A stretch of DNA of 64,000 bases, taken from Octopus vulgaris (lineage: Eukaryota). Positions 25,326 to 39,051 of the stretch are shown one piece after another. Both the position numbers and the translations under genes were made by a program. A model generated the notes under the pieces. That model made no database searches and was not told where the DNA came from. It worked only from the letters and a program-made list of their open reading frames with translations. The DNA is taken from assembly GCA_951406725.2 (NCBI GenBank), contig OX597821.1, positions 43,338,001 through 43,402,000 on the forward strand. The letters are read 5' to 3'. How positions within the stretch are numbered: the stretch's first letter is position 1; each line of letters begins with the position of its first letter.

Positions 25326-28300
25326 GGGATGACTTTTGTGAATGAAGCCTACAAACATGGTGTTAGCTCTTGGAAAATATCCAAGAATTGATGTGTATCA
25401 GTTTTTAAATATTTGTTCTTTCATTGATAAAATGTTGTAGATGGTAGGTTGAAACTCAACTGGTGGGAGATAAGCCAGAATTATCAGCTATGACACTGTC
25501 AAAGAATTATCGCATTCAATCAAAATTTCTGCTCAATTAGGAAGAACATCAGTATTCTTCCTACATTTTATATTCTAATTTGATCGATCCCATTTTTTCT
25601 GTTTTAGCTTTTATTTGTTTCAGTCCATGAACTGCAGCCATGCTGGAGCACTGCTTTGAAGGGTTAAGTCGAACCAATTGACCTCAATACATTTTTTTCT
25701 TTTAAGTCTGTTATTTATTCTACAAGTTTCTTTTGCTGAACTGCAAAGTTATGAGGCCATAAGCAAACCAACGCCTGTTTTCAGGTTGTTGGAGAACCAA
25801 CACAAACACATGTCCATAGCTTCCACACAGTTTTTGTCTACCGAATTCACACACAAGGCATTGGTTGGTTTGAGGCTATAGTAGAAGACACTTGTTCAAG
25901 GTGTCACACAGTGAAACTGGACCTGAAGCCATGTGATGACAAAGCTGGCTTCTTAACCATGCATATACGTCTGCAAGTGGTATATTACATCATTGTATTA
26001 CATTGTGTAGTGCTGAGTAATATTTAAAGCAGCAAATATTTGTCTAAAGTAGATTTATTTCTCTCCTTAACTGTTACAACAATTGGCAGAGAAGCCTCTG
26101 TACAAATCAATGATTGTTGTTGCTGTTGAGCAAAGTGGTCTTCATCCCGTCTTTAGTGGGGAAGTCTGAAACGTGGTCCTTTGCTATTTGTAAGACCCGC
26201 AGAAGAGAAAGCAGGTCAACCTCCGACACCGAGAGCATCGACGGATGGATGAGTGCGCATCCAGGTTCAGCGGTTGCGTAGGAAGTCAGGGACAAGAAAC
26301 AGGAAGAAAGAATGAGAGAAAGTTGGAGTGAAAGAGTACAACAGGGGTCACCACCAGCCTCTGCCTGAGCCTCGTGGAGCTTTAGGTGTTTTCGTTCAAT
26401 AAACGCACACAACGCCCGGTCTGGGAATTAAAACTGCGATCCTCCAACTGTGAGTCCACTGCCCTAACCATTGGGCCATTGCGCCTCCACTGTTGTTGCT
26501 TGTTGTTGTTTGACTCTTTCTCAAGCCTGATAAAGCAGTGACTGATTCCAACTGTGACTATCCTCTATAGCGCAAATTTAATGTTTACAAATTTTGGTAC
26601 AAGGCCAGCAATTTCATCACCACCACTGCATAACTGGTACTTATTTTATTGACCCTGAAAGGATGAAAGGCAAAGTCAACCCTGGCAGAATTTGAACTCA
26701 GAATGTATAGACAGACAAAATGATGCTAAGCATTTTGCCCAGCATTCTAACGATTGTGCCAGCTTGCTGCCTTCAAATGTAGGGTTAATTTATTAAATGC
26801 ATCCTTTTAACCTTTCTCAAATCACATTCCTACTGTGATTTGAGAGAGGTTTGGCAATTACATGACACATATCAAGTAACCATGTAGCGATTCCATTATT
26901 GGTTAAGTGTTGCAGGTTCTTTCATCAATAAATTATTCTGTTTGAGATAAAAATAGCAGAAATTTGGATAAAATGACTCACTGTATACAGTTATCTCCCT
27001 TCTAACTAAAAATATCATGTCAACTTTGATCTTATCTTCCTGGGATTGATAAAATAAGTACCAGTCATATATTGGATCGAATCATTATCCTCACCTTCAT
27101 CATCTTCACCATAATCACTCAGTCTCCATTCCCACCATTGCTGCCACCACTGTCACTCTCCTTCCCCCGTGCCTCCTCATCATTCCAATCAACATTTTAC
27201 CTCTATTTGCCCATCCTTGCATGGATTGGACACAGGTCTGTTGCCAGACTTTGGTGCCTGGGGATGCTTCAGAATATTCTGGATGGGCACTAGTTTGTAA
27301 TAATGCAAAAGTGGAGTCCTTAAAGTGGAGTAAATCTGAGAGTGCACCACTGAATAGTGAGGGGTCAGTGCCATCCAGTGCACCTCCTTAGTGACGGGTA
27401 TGTCTGAAAAGATCTTCTAAAGCATTGCTCCTTGACTCCTATTGCAGTCGTTTGTCATCTCTTTTGGGAAGTTTAACAACCACCATCACCACTTTCTTGG
27501 TTTTCCTTTCCCACAGTTTCCTTCTACATGGAACACATGTGCTTTCTTTACTGAATTCTCATCATTCAGATGCATTACATGAATGGACATCAGCAGCGTT
27601 TCCTCCATTGCTCTCTATACTTGATTTCACTTCTGCCCATTCAAACGACCATTACCATCCTTGCACTGATATAAGAAATCAATATTGGTAATACCTGTAG
27701 CCATCAGTAAGTAGTCTAGCATGAACATTGGAACAAAGTGAGCAAATCATGATAATGAGCTAAATTAAGATAACATTTTGGAAAAATTATTTTCTCTCTT
27801 TAAATGATAATATACAATGTTTATTAATAAAGCAGATATTATATGGAAAGAAAAAAAAATATTTTGTCTAAAATAGTGTTATTTAGTAAATGGAAGACAC
27901 TTTCAATCAAATTGAATACAGAGGAAGGCCATGTAATACTGTCTAGACACAATTTGCTCTTCTTATTTTGTTTTACTTCATTTTTTTCAGTTACTGAGTT
28001 AGAGAAGAGCAGTGCCTATGTTGCTTTTTAGGAAATCCTACAGGTGGCTTGAAAAAGCAAATTATTTCCAGACCCCAGAAGTTTGGCCTGATGCCTTCCA
28101 CAAACAGGATTCTGCTAAAGGGTCTAGTAAATGAGTAGGGTGGGGTTGGGTTGGGGGGTTAAACTAAACAATGAATTATGTCTATTAACTGACAACAGGG
28201 ATGATCTTTTTGATAGGCTCCCATACAGTTTCCATTCTCAAGGATTTAGTCAATCCATGGCTACAGTAGTAAACAATTGCCAAAAAATGCTATATTGTGG

Positions 28301-29781
28301 GATTGAACCTGAGACCTCATAGTTATGAAGTGAGCTTCTGCACAGTCATGCTTACATTTTTTTTAAATATCCACACAGTTCTACCTCATTTATTTACCTC
28401 TTAGATCTGAGAAGCAACTAATGAACTTTGGCAGCCGAGATTGATTACAGTTGTGAGCAAAATAAAAATCAAGATAAACATTTTCTTGTTCTCACATTTA
28501 TAAATGATATTATAAAAAACATTTTGCAATTAATTTATGTGGTGTTAGCAGTGTTATGGGCTGTGATGAGCTATGTGGTGTTGGTGGAGAGGATGGTAGA
28601 TGAGGCAAAAGTGAAATGAAGACTGCAGGGGTCGGCAGAAGAGCGAAAGGGGCATGCATGGGCAGGAAGCACGTGTGGTCAGGAAGCACATGTGGGCAGT
28701 TTAAGCTGAGACGGCAGAGAGGCAAGACGTGTTTAATTCGTGAGAGTGACCGCTGATTCCACCGAGGTCAACAGGTAAGGCCTTTTGTATTTCTTTCTCG
28801 CATTTGCTTCTTTTTCTGTTGTCCTTTTCTTCCATCACACCACAATTTATAATAGTGAATTTAATTGCAGTAAATTAACAATACAATAAATAAACTTATT
28901 AAACTGTTGCTTTTTAAAATTTATTTTGCAGATGATTATGTAGCACATATCTCGAGCATCCTGGTCTATATGAAGTTCACGAGTGAGTTTCTAAGTGGTC
29001 AGTTGGTCTGTAGAAAATAGCAGCCAAATCTCCCTCAAATCACATTTGCTATTCAGTCACTATTGATCTGCTGCTGGATGAAAGACTCAACATATTGTTG
29101 CCAGCTTATCAATGCTGTTGTAGGCCAATTGTGGATTGAACAGGATTCTCCCACGGTTGGCTGATAGCCCTGTCATATTCTACCTCATCACATTATTAAA
29201 TCTTCTTTCATGTCAAAATCATATTAAATCTCACTTCTCACAACATCTATGCTACAAGGTTTATTTTCTTTTTAGCCCCTTTTGTTACCTTTTTTCTCTT
29301 GAAATACATTGTCTTCAATAAATTTTGAAAATTAAAATTTTACTTCAGAATTACTTCATTGTTATAATGCTGGTATTTGGAGCATAAATTAACATGACAC
29401 TTTGATGGAATTTATTTTAGATCATTTTAACCCTTCTGTTTCCATATTTCTGTTAAACTATCCTGCTTTTGTGTCAATTACTTTCAAAAATAAAGATGAA
29501 TGTAATAAAATAACCTTGTAATTTTTGTCATGTTTATTTAATATTTTTGTATACCTGTTCCACTCATTTGACTGTAATCATGCTGGGACACTATGTTTTT
29601 TTTTTTTTTTTAAGTTGAGCAAATCGCCCCTAGGACTTATTTTTTAAAGCCTAGTACTTATTCTATGGGTCTCTTTTGCTGAACTGTTCATTTACGGGTA
29701 CATAAAAGCACACCCACACCAGTTGTCAGGTGGTGGTTAGGGACAAACACAGACACAAAGGCACACACATTTAGATATTGT

Positions 29782-30078
29782 AGAGGCACATGGCCTAGTG
29801 GTTAGAGCAGCGGACTCGCGGTTGAGGGGTCGCGGGTTCGAACTTCAGACCGGGCGATGTGTGTGTTTATGAGCGAAACACCAAAGCTTCATGCGGCTCC
29901 AGCAGAAGGTAAAGGCGAACTTCTGCTGACTCTTTTGCCACAACTTTTTCTCACTCTTTCCTCCTGCATCTTGCAGCTCACCTGAGACAGACTGGCGTCC
30001 TGTCTTGGCTGGGAACCTATACATCAAGGAAACCAGCTCTTATGAGCCAGGCATGGCTCAAGAAGGAACAAACAACAC
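29782..30078 (+). mobile_element. tRNA-derived SINE (related reverse copies at 26115-26490 and 35390-35775)
   Basis: TGGCCTAGTGG A-box and GGTTCGAAC B-box, then a body shared with other copies. Confidence 0.75.
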
Positions 30079-30713
30079 ATTTAGATATATACATATATAT
30101 ATATACAATGAGCTTCTTTCAGTTTCCATCTACCAAATCCACTCACAAGGCTTTAGTAGAAGACACTTGCCCAAGGTGCTATGTAGTGGGACTGAACTTG
30201 GAACTATGTGGTTGGGAAGCAAAGCCTCTTCCCACACAGCCACACCTGTGCCTATAGATTTATAAACTTTAGTATCAACTGGATGGAAATTTTTCAAACC
30301 ATGTTAACTCTTACTCTCATTGTTGAATATTCAAAGTTATTATTGTTCAACCCCAGGTCATTCCTGATGAAGCAGACTTATGTTCAAAAATATACTAGGT
30401 GGAATTTAAACTTTAGAATGTCAATACCATAAGGCATCACTCTATAACCATTCTACCAATCAACCACCAGACTCATAGTTTATTCATTGACCTCAGAAAG
30501 ATTTGGAACAGATACGGCAAGATTTTCTATCTGATACTCTAACAACTTGGCCAAGTTGCTCCCTTTGCCTCATCGTGTGGTTCTATTAAGGAATAGAAGA
30601 CAAAATTGGATAATGAAAACTTGCAAGCCTTTAAAAGATAGAATGATTCACAGCTGGCATCATGCCTTTGATCATATCTGTTTGATCAGGGCTGACCTGA
30701 GGCTAAACATCAT

Positions 30714-30731
30714 CTACTGCTGCTGCTGCCG

Positions 30732-30795
<64 letters not shown>

Positions 30796-30876
30796 CACCA
30801 CTTCTACTACGATGACAACTACAACAGCAATATCTAATATCACGAAGAGAACTGCCGCTACCACCACCACCACAAT

Positions 30877-30911
<35 letters not shown>

Positions 30912-30997
30912 AAACGTTTACTACTACCACAACGACGAGAACAACTACTACCACCACCACCATTACTACTACTACTACTACGACGACGACGACGAGA

Positions 30998-31029
<32 letters not shown>

Positions 31030-31170
31030 CACCATTATTACTACAACTACAACAGCAACATCTACTACTACAACGACGACGACGACAACAACTACTACTA
31101 CTCTGCTGCTACTGCTACTACTACAAAAACAACAACATCAACTACTATTACTACTATTACAACAATAACC
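30714..31170. repeat. Compound trinucleotide microsatellite (ACT/ACC/ACG/ACA)n
   Basis: Directly visible; gives poly-Thr/Val/Tyr pseudo-ORFs. Confidence 0.95.
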
Positions 31171-32080
31171 ATTAACAACGTCTGAATATACAACATTGAT
31201 ATAAGAGTTTCTATGGTTTGAAAAATTCCCATCAAACTGATTACAAAAGCAAGCAAACAAACAAACTAATAAATTATACAATTAAAAATTTCGATTCATT
31301 AAAAAACGAAAAACGTTGTGTCACAGATATTATTGTGGGAAGTGAGATATAATAGGAGTTTGACACGAGAGAAGATAACAATAAGTGTTGATACGATAAA
31401 GTTGGAGGAAAACAAACTGTTGTAAGGAAATCTGTAAAGAACAGATTATTATATGATGGTGGTTTTAGCATGGATGATATTAAATGTCGTTTGTAAGAGA
31501 TAAGACTGTTTGTAAATATAGAAAAATATGATTAGAATGAATGAAGTTACACGGAGTAAGGAGTGTAAAGTGATGTTGTTGTTGTCTGAAGTAGTAGTAG
31601 TGGTGGTGATGGTGGTGGTGGTGGAGCTGAAAAAACATGGGTTTGGGAAGCTGAAGGTGGTGGTTGTGGTGGTGATAATGTGCTTAAAGAGGACACCTGT
31701 TGAGGGCAAGAGAGAGAGAGAGGGATGGAGCTAAATAGATGGTGAGAGTAAAAAAAACAATTAGTGAGTGAGATAGAGGAGGAATGAAATATAGATGTCG
31801 TGGATGAAAGGTAGAGAAAGAGAAATGGTGAGGGAGAATTAAACAGAGACGGGGGTGGGAGGGAGAATATGTTTACATAGACAGCCAGTTTGTGTAGGTA
31901 TGTAAAAAATTCTGAATATATGTATGTGTATATTTATATATGTATGTGCATGCATACACACCCGTTTTCGTCTTTTGTTTTTTTGTAAATTCTCACTATA
32001 TATATATATATAATATGTGTGTGTGTGTGTATATAATGTACACACACATATATGTATGCATATGTATATATGTGTGCCTC

Positions 32081-32151
<71 letters not shown>

Positions 32152-32375
32152 ATAAATATGTATATATAAAAAGTATATAGATATGTGCATATATATGTAT
32201 ATGTGTATGTATATATATATATATATATCACTATATCACACACACACACACACACACATATTAGAGTCTGACAAGTCAGTACATAAAGCTAAGCACTTTA
32301 TGGATGTGAAACCATTGGTCACCCTGTGGCGGGACCTATACTTAACTGCATATAAATATATGTGTGTGTGTATAG

Positions 32376-32450
<75 letters not shown>

Positions 32451-32616
32451 AGGCATGACTATATGGTAAGAAACTTACTTCCCAAACACACGATTCTGGG
32501 TTCAGCCTCACTGTGTGGCATCTTGGGCAATTGTCTTCTACTATAGCCTGAGTGGATTTGGTAGATGGAAACTGAAAGAAGCCCATCATATATATATATA
32601 CATACATACAGCCCAT

Positions 32617-32907
32617 CTAAACTTGCTGTGTGTATCGTAGAATATACACGCAGCAAGTTTAGATGGGCTGGACATGTTGCCCGGCTCACTGATAATCGGT
32701 GGACCCGTGCAGTTGTCGAGTGGTACCCGTGTGAGCAGAAACGACCTCACGGAAGGCCTCCATGACGGTAGAGTTACGATTTCAGGAGGGCGATTGGGAT
32801 CACGTGGATGAGAAAGGCGTGATCCAGAGAGGAGTGGACAACGTGCTGTGACCAGCGGTGTCAAATGGACGCTTGACGGACTGGTCAGTCAAAGTGATCA
32901 AGGTGAT
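32617..32907 (+). mobile_element. 3' end of a second RTE-like LINE family
   Basis: KFRWAGHVARLTDNRWT...KRPHGRPP motif. Confidence 0.75.
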
Positions 32908-35900
32908 GTGTGTATATATATATATATATTTATGTGTGCCTTTGTGTCTGTGTTTGTCCCCCCACCATTGCTTGAAAATCTGATGTTGGTGTGTATTCAT
33001 CTTATAACCTAGCAGTTCAGCAAAAGAGACTGAGAGAATAAGTACAAGGCTTAGAAAGAATAAGTCCTGGGGGAGATTTGTTCAACTAAAACCCTTTAAG
33101 GAGGTGCTCCAGCATGGCTGCAATCAAATGACTGAAACAAGTAAAAGACTATATATATGTGTGTGTGTGTGTGTGTGCATATAAGTGATTATGTATGTAT
33201 GTCTACTGGTACAATTACATACAGCTTATAAGGTTTTACTGATATATTTAATTAAAAATTAACTAATTATTCTTTAGACGCGCAACCATGCATGAACACA
33301 TACACTCATATGCACAAACATATAAGTATTCCCATTTACACACACGCTACATATATAAACATACCTAAGTATAAACACATACGCAAACATATTTAGATAT
33401 TCCCTGCCACACACACAACATACTACATACTTTTATTTTGATAATTCTAGTCACACACATACACTCACACACATAAACGCACTCATGCACACACACACAA
33501 CATATACATAGTTATTTCCTGCCACACACACACACACACACACATATGCACACACACATACATAGGCACACACATCCATGCACACAAGCACACAGATACA
33601 TATATACAATACTCATCTGTAAACACACATATGCTACACATGTAAACCATACTATACACATGCACAAACACTCATATATAGATACATCTTACTGCATGCA
33701 CTCAAGCACACTCACACACACACACACACACACACACTATACATACATAGTTAATCACTGACATACACACATACACACACATACTATATATGCACATAGT
33801 TACATTTACACATAAGCATGGGTTGGACGATTTGACTGAGGGCAAACCAGATGGCTGCACCAGGCTCCAATCTTGATCTGGCAGAGTTTCTACCTCTGGA
33901 TGCCCTTCCTAACACCAACCACTCCGAGAGTGTAGTGGGTGCTTTAACGTGCCACCGGTACGGGGGCCAATCAGGCAGTACTGGCAATGTCCTCGCTCAA
34001 ATCTTTTTACACATACCACCGGCACAGGTGCCAGTAAGGTGATGCTGGTAACGATCACACTTGAATGGTGTCTTTTATGTGCAACCGGCACAGAGGTCAG
34101 TTAGCCGCTCTGGCAATTATCACACTCAGATGGTGCTCTTAGCACCCTCCTAGCACGGGGCTCAAGTGCCAGTAAGGCTTTGCTGGTAACGATCACACTT
34201 GAATGGTGCCTTTTATGTGCCACTGGTACGGAGTATGTATATTTCTATGTGTGTGTCTTTGTGTCTATGTTTGTGGTGAAATGACAGAGTCATTACTATG
34301 CTCTTCAAAATGCTCAGCAGAATTTCATCTACCTTTATATTCTGTCTTCAAATTCTGCTGAAGTTGACTTTGTGTTTAATCCTTCCATGGTCAATAAAAT
34401 AAATACCTGTCAAGTACTGAGGTGCAAGGGATTGGTTATTCCCCTTACCCTGAATTTCAGGCCTTATGCCTATAGTAGAAAGGATATAATTATGTATTTA
34501 ATATACATAATTATTATCAGTCACAGAAACAACACTTTGGTCTTGCATCATTTCTGTTTGTCTAGTCATTCCTTGCAACATCTGTCTGTGTTTGGACTGG
34601 TCTTGCATGGAGGACATCCACACTCCTGCCTCTATCTGTGCAGGAATTAATTTTCTCTCTCCATACTTCTGTTTCTTATGGTCTTAATTCTCTACCCCAT
34701 TTCCTTTAAACCTCACTCCACACACATTTTCACCAGCCACACCTCCTACCTCTTTCTTCCCCCTCAACCTTAACCCACCCACCACCACCACTTACACTAC
34801 AGTTTAACTTATTGCTCACACCATACACACCATACTTATCCAAATTGCATATACATACACACTAGCACCCATACATGCACATGCACACACACACACACAC
34901 CATGACCCCTACACTTCCAGATCCATCACATACAGCAATAAGTATACAATCATGTACCCACACTTTCTAACACCTACTGCTTTTGTCACCTCTCTTCCAC
35001 CCAAGATCTCTACCCAAGATGACACACCTAACATCCTCCTAAAGCACACACATATGTCAGATAGCCTTACACATACATAAAAGCTCCTATACACATTTAC
35101 ACACATGCAGAAATGCACAGTATATACACATACACACACTTTGTCAAATAACCTCATAAACACACGCCAAATGAAAACAGGACACACACATACAAGCGCC
35201 CTGACATACACACACACATAAACACACAATATAAATGTATAAACACATGCACACATACACACAAATATGCACTAAATGCATATAGTATAATGCACATGAT
35301 AGCTTCATACACAAGCATGCTTGCACATGCATGTATCTGAGAGTCTCATATGCACACACATACATCAGATAGCCTATACATGCATACACATGCCACTCCG
35401 TCGGTTACAATGATGAGTGTGCCACTTAATCTGATCAACAGAACAGCCGGCTCATGAAATTAACATGTAAGTGGCTGAGCACTCCACAGACATGCATACC
35501 CTTAACATAGTTCTCAGGTAGTTTGAGCATGACAAAGTGTGTGACGAGGCTGGCCCTTTGAAATACAGGTACAACAGAAACAGGAAGAAAGATTGAGAAG
35601 AAGTTGTGGTGAAAGAGCACAGCAGGTTTTGCCACCCTACCCACCTGCCAGAGTCTTGTGGAGTTTCAGGTGTTTTTGGTCAATAAACACTCACAGCACC
35701 CGGTCTGGGAATCGAAACTGTGATCCCATGACTGCAAGTCTGCTGCACTAACCACTGGGCCATTGCACCTCCACCCATATAGACATACACACATGTACAA
35801 AGCACACAAGGTATAAACATACAAATTCTTTTATACACACACATGCACTTCCACACACACGCATACACTTGCACGCATTAACATCATACACACACACACA

Positions 35901-36276
35901 CACACGCTTGCTCACATACATACAAGTATATGCACTCATATCCACATACACACATTAGCTTCACACATACACACACATGCTTGTGCATGCACACATACAA
36001 ATGCTAGGTTACTGTTGTCTCCCTTACCACTCTTGCTGAAAGCCAACTTCTTACCGTTTTGGTCATTTCGGCATGCTTTGACCATTTATTTCAGGCACAA
36101 TTCTTTGCTCTTCTTTTATTTCTTTCCTCATCTATCCTTTCTGTAGAAGAGTGGAGGCTTGATATGTCAAAGACTTCTTCCATTTTTGCAGAGCATTAAA
36201 CTAATACACACTGTCTGTTCTTTTACTTCATTTTGTTTTTGTTGTACTTTTGGACCTTATCACTCTCTCTCTCTCT

Positions 36277-36328
<52 letters not shown>

Positions 36329-36329
<1 letters not shown>

Positions 36330-36700
36330 TAGCAGCTAAGCCTGGTTTCTCCTGGTCTGTTTGGATCATGTGGCTGTGATTGTTTTCGGTTAGGCATAAT
36401 CTATAACAGCGTTTCTCAACCTTATCATTTTGGGTCTCCTGTTCCGATTGGACCCTCCAGCTGTATGAAAATTTCCTGACCCCCACCCCCCACTGTCAGA
36501 AAACAGCTTCAGGAGTTGTGAAGAATGAATTTGTACGTAGTCTGTTTCTGAAAGCTATTTCTATTGGACCTCTGTCTAATAATTAAATCACTGATTTAAT
36601 TATGAACATAGAAAGAAATTATATTTGTAAGCAGTTGTATCCGTAAAAATTTTATTTGCAGAGACCAGAAATTAAAAGAAGATATATGAAATGGACGTGT
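36329..36700 (-). mobile_element. Helitron-like 3' end
   Basis: Minus strand CCAGGAGAAACCAGG...GCTGCTAG|T next to (TA)n; hairpin degenerate; inner boundary uncertain. Confidence 0.4.
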
Positions 36701-37399
36701 GTGTGTGTGTGCATGCGTGCTTGTGTGTGTGTATGTGGGAGAGAAAGAGGGTGAGAAAGAGAGATAGAGTGAGTGAAGGTGTGTGTCATGATGAGTGATG
36801 TCTTTTAAGATACAACACATACAAAGAAAATGTGAGGTCATCGTATTAAATTTTTATGATAGTTGATTTATGGAAAAGATTATGTTAAATTTTTGAAATG
36901 CAAATATGTGAATGGAAATTAAGTTCAGACCTCTACATGGTTGCTAGACCTGGTAGAAATAGCAGCCAAATCTCCCTCAAAACACCCTACTGTCTTAATC
37001 TGAAAATTCTGACTATTATGTAGTTTTAATGAGAAATTGTCACTAAAGATTAAGATTATTAACCCCACAAAGAGGTGAAAGAAGAGAGACAGCATAGCAA
37101 AATTTTTGGCTCACTGTCATCCTGTACTCCCCTTGTTGCTAGCGAAATGGTATATGCCGGCTGTGTGAGCAACTGGTTGCTTTAATGGCAGAAAAAACAG
37201 GGGAATTCCATTAGAAAAAGTTTTAATCAATTGTCTCAGTAAATATGGGGGCTAGGAAAAAAAATACAAATTGCATTCCAATCTATGCACCCGTCTCCCC
37301 ATGTGTGCCATTTTTCACATGAATCCACCCAGCCATTTTGCTGTGAACCTCAAGACAAGAAAGAATACAATGCTCAACCCTGTCCAATTTATATTATAT

Positions 37400-38891
37400 A
37401 TATATATTACTATAATGGGCGTTATGTCCATCTGTCCATCTGTCTGTTCCCTCTTCATAGTCAAACGGCTGGACCAATGGTCACAATGTTTTTTGGGAGT
37501 ATGAAGGGAGTAATCAGGAAGGTTTTTAGTGAAAAAATGTGAAAAAGTATGATTATTTAGTGAATATTGAGTTTTGTATTAATAAATCACCATTTTTTAC
37601 TCTCTCTAGATTCAGCTCAGAGCTGTGGCCATGCTGATGCACAATTTTTTTTTTGTTAAAATTCCAGTGATGAGGATTAACTCTGAATTTCCCCACCTTA
37701 TAGATCGTGAATTTAGAGTCTTTAGAGTTGCGATACTATCCCTTTATTTCTCATCGTAGATGGGTAGATTTGCTATCTTACTACAATGGGCATTATGTCC
37801 GTCTGTCTGTCCATCTGTCCATCTGTCCATCTCTTTGCTTGTTCCCTCTTCACGGCCAGACAGCTGGACCAGTTGTTACAATATTTTTTGGGATTCCAAA
37901 GACAGTCATCAGGAAGGATTTTAGCATTAAAAAAATCAGAAAGTATGATTATTTCATGGATATTAATTTTTGAATTGATAAACCACCTTTGCATTTTCAT
38001 TAAAGATTCATGGACTATGAGTGACACTAGATTTTCATTGTATAGTTTGTGGCCCCATCATAGATATGAAGGGAGTTGCAAAATTAAAAAAAAAATATGT
38101 GTGATTATTTATTTAGTGGTCATTGAAATGTGTCAGTCTGATGCAGAATTCGAAATGACTAATTGAAGTGGCTGTTGTTTACATCTCAGTTTTGTCAATC
38201 AAAATAACCCATGGTACCAGAACATCCAGACATTATTTGCATAGAACAGTGAGAGGTAAGTCTTAGTTTGATTTTTTGCAATCTTAAAGAATCCACTTGT
38301 GCATGTACAGAAAACAAGGCAAAGGACCAGACTTTAGATTATGTGAGTGTACTTTTATTCACACTGATGTTTACACATGGCCAGTTATACATTGCTATGA
38401 GTAGAGCAATGAACTCCAGTAATTTGAGAGTTAGTGTCAACCAAACAGAAAATATCGTTTACAAAGAGGTTTTGTAATCATATTGATGTTATCGAAAGGA
38501 ATATGATTCTTAATTTAAAAAAGGAAATTTGTGAACTTTGAATGTATAAGAGTATAGACAAGCATAAAATGGAGTAAACAACTAAAATAAAAGTATATCT
38601 AAATATCATTTTTTCCTAATACATTTCATGTCGTGGTTGAAGGAAGCTCTGGCTTTGATTAGGAGTGAGAGGCTGGGAACCTATTTCAGTTTGGAAGTGA
38701 ATCGTCATCACATGTCACTCAGTCGCAAATACATGTCATATAGCTGCATTGGAATACTGTATCACCAAGAATAATGTGATTTCTCTAAGACATCACCCAG
38801 TAATCTATCAAGTCCATTTACATATTTCTCAATACATGCTGCTATTATGACTTTGCTCCCTCATTTTATGCCTGCATTGTAGATTTGCTAG
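37400..38891 (+). mobile_element. Helitron remnant with PIF1-helicase C-terminal fragment and duplicated 5' end
   Basis: ORF 38268-38477 NKAKDQTLDYV...FTHGQLYIAMSRA...TENIVYKEVL matches the Helitron helicase end. Two copies of the 5' region (~37400 and ~37776); CTAG|T at 38888-38891. Confidence 0.75.
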
Positions 38892-39006
38892 TATATCAAA
38901 TAGCTTGATAAATGTAATGTTTGAAATTCTTGGCTCCAGAGTCATTTATGTAACTTCAACTGAATGATATACATAGATTCACACAAACACACACAAACAC
39001 ACACAC

Positions 39007-39051
<45 letters not shown>

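Noticed and set aside
29782-29856. tRNA gene
   Set aside because: A/B boxes are present but continue into a SINE body found in several copies; no clean cloverleaf or terminator.
30547-31168. Poly-Thr mucin-like and poly-Val ORFs
   Set aside because: Trinucleotide microsatellite with no splice or domain context.
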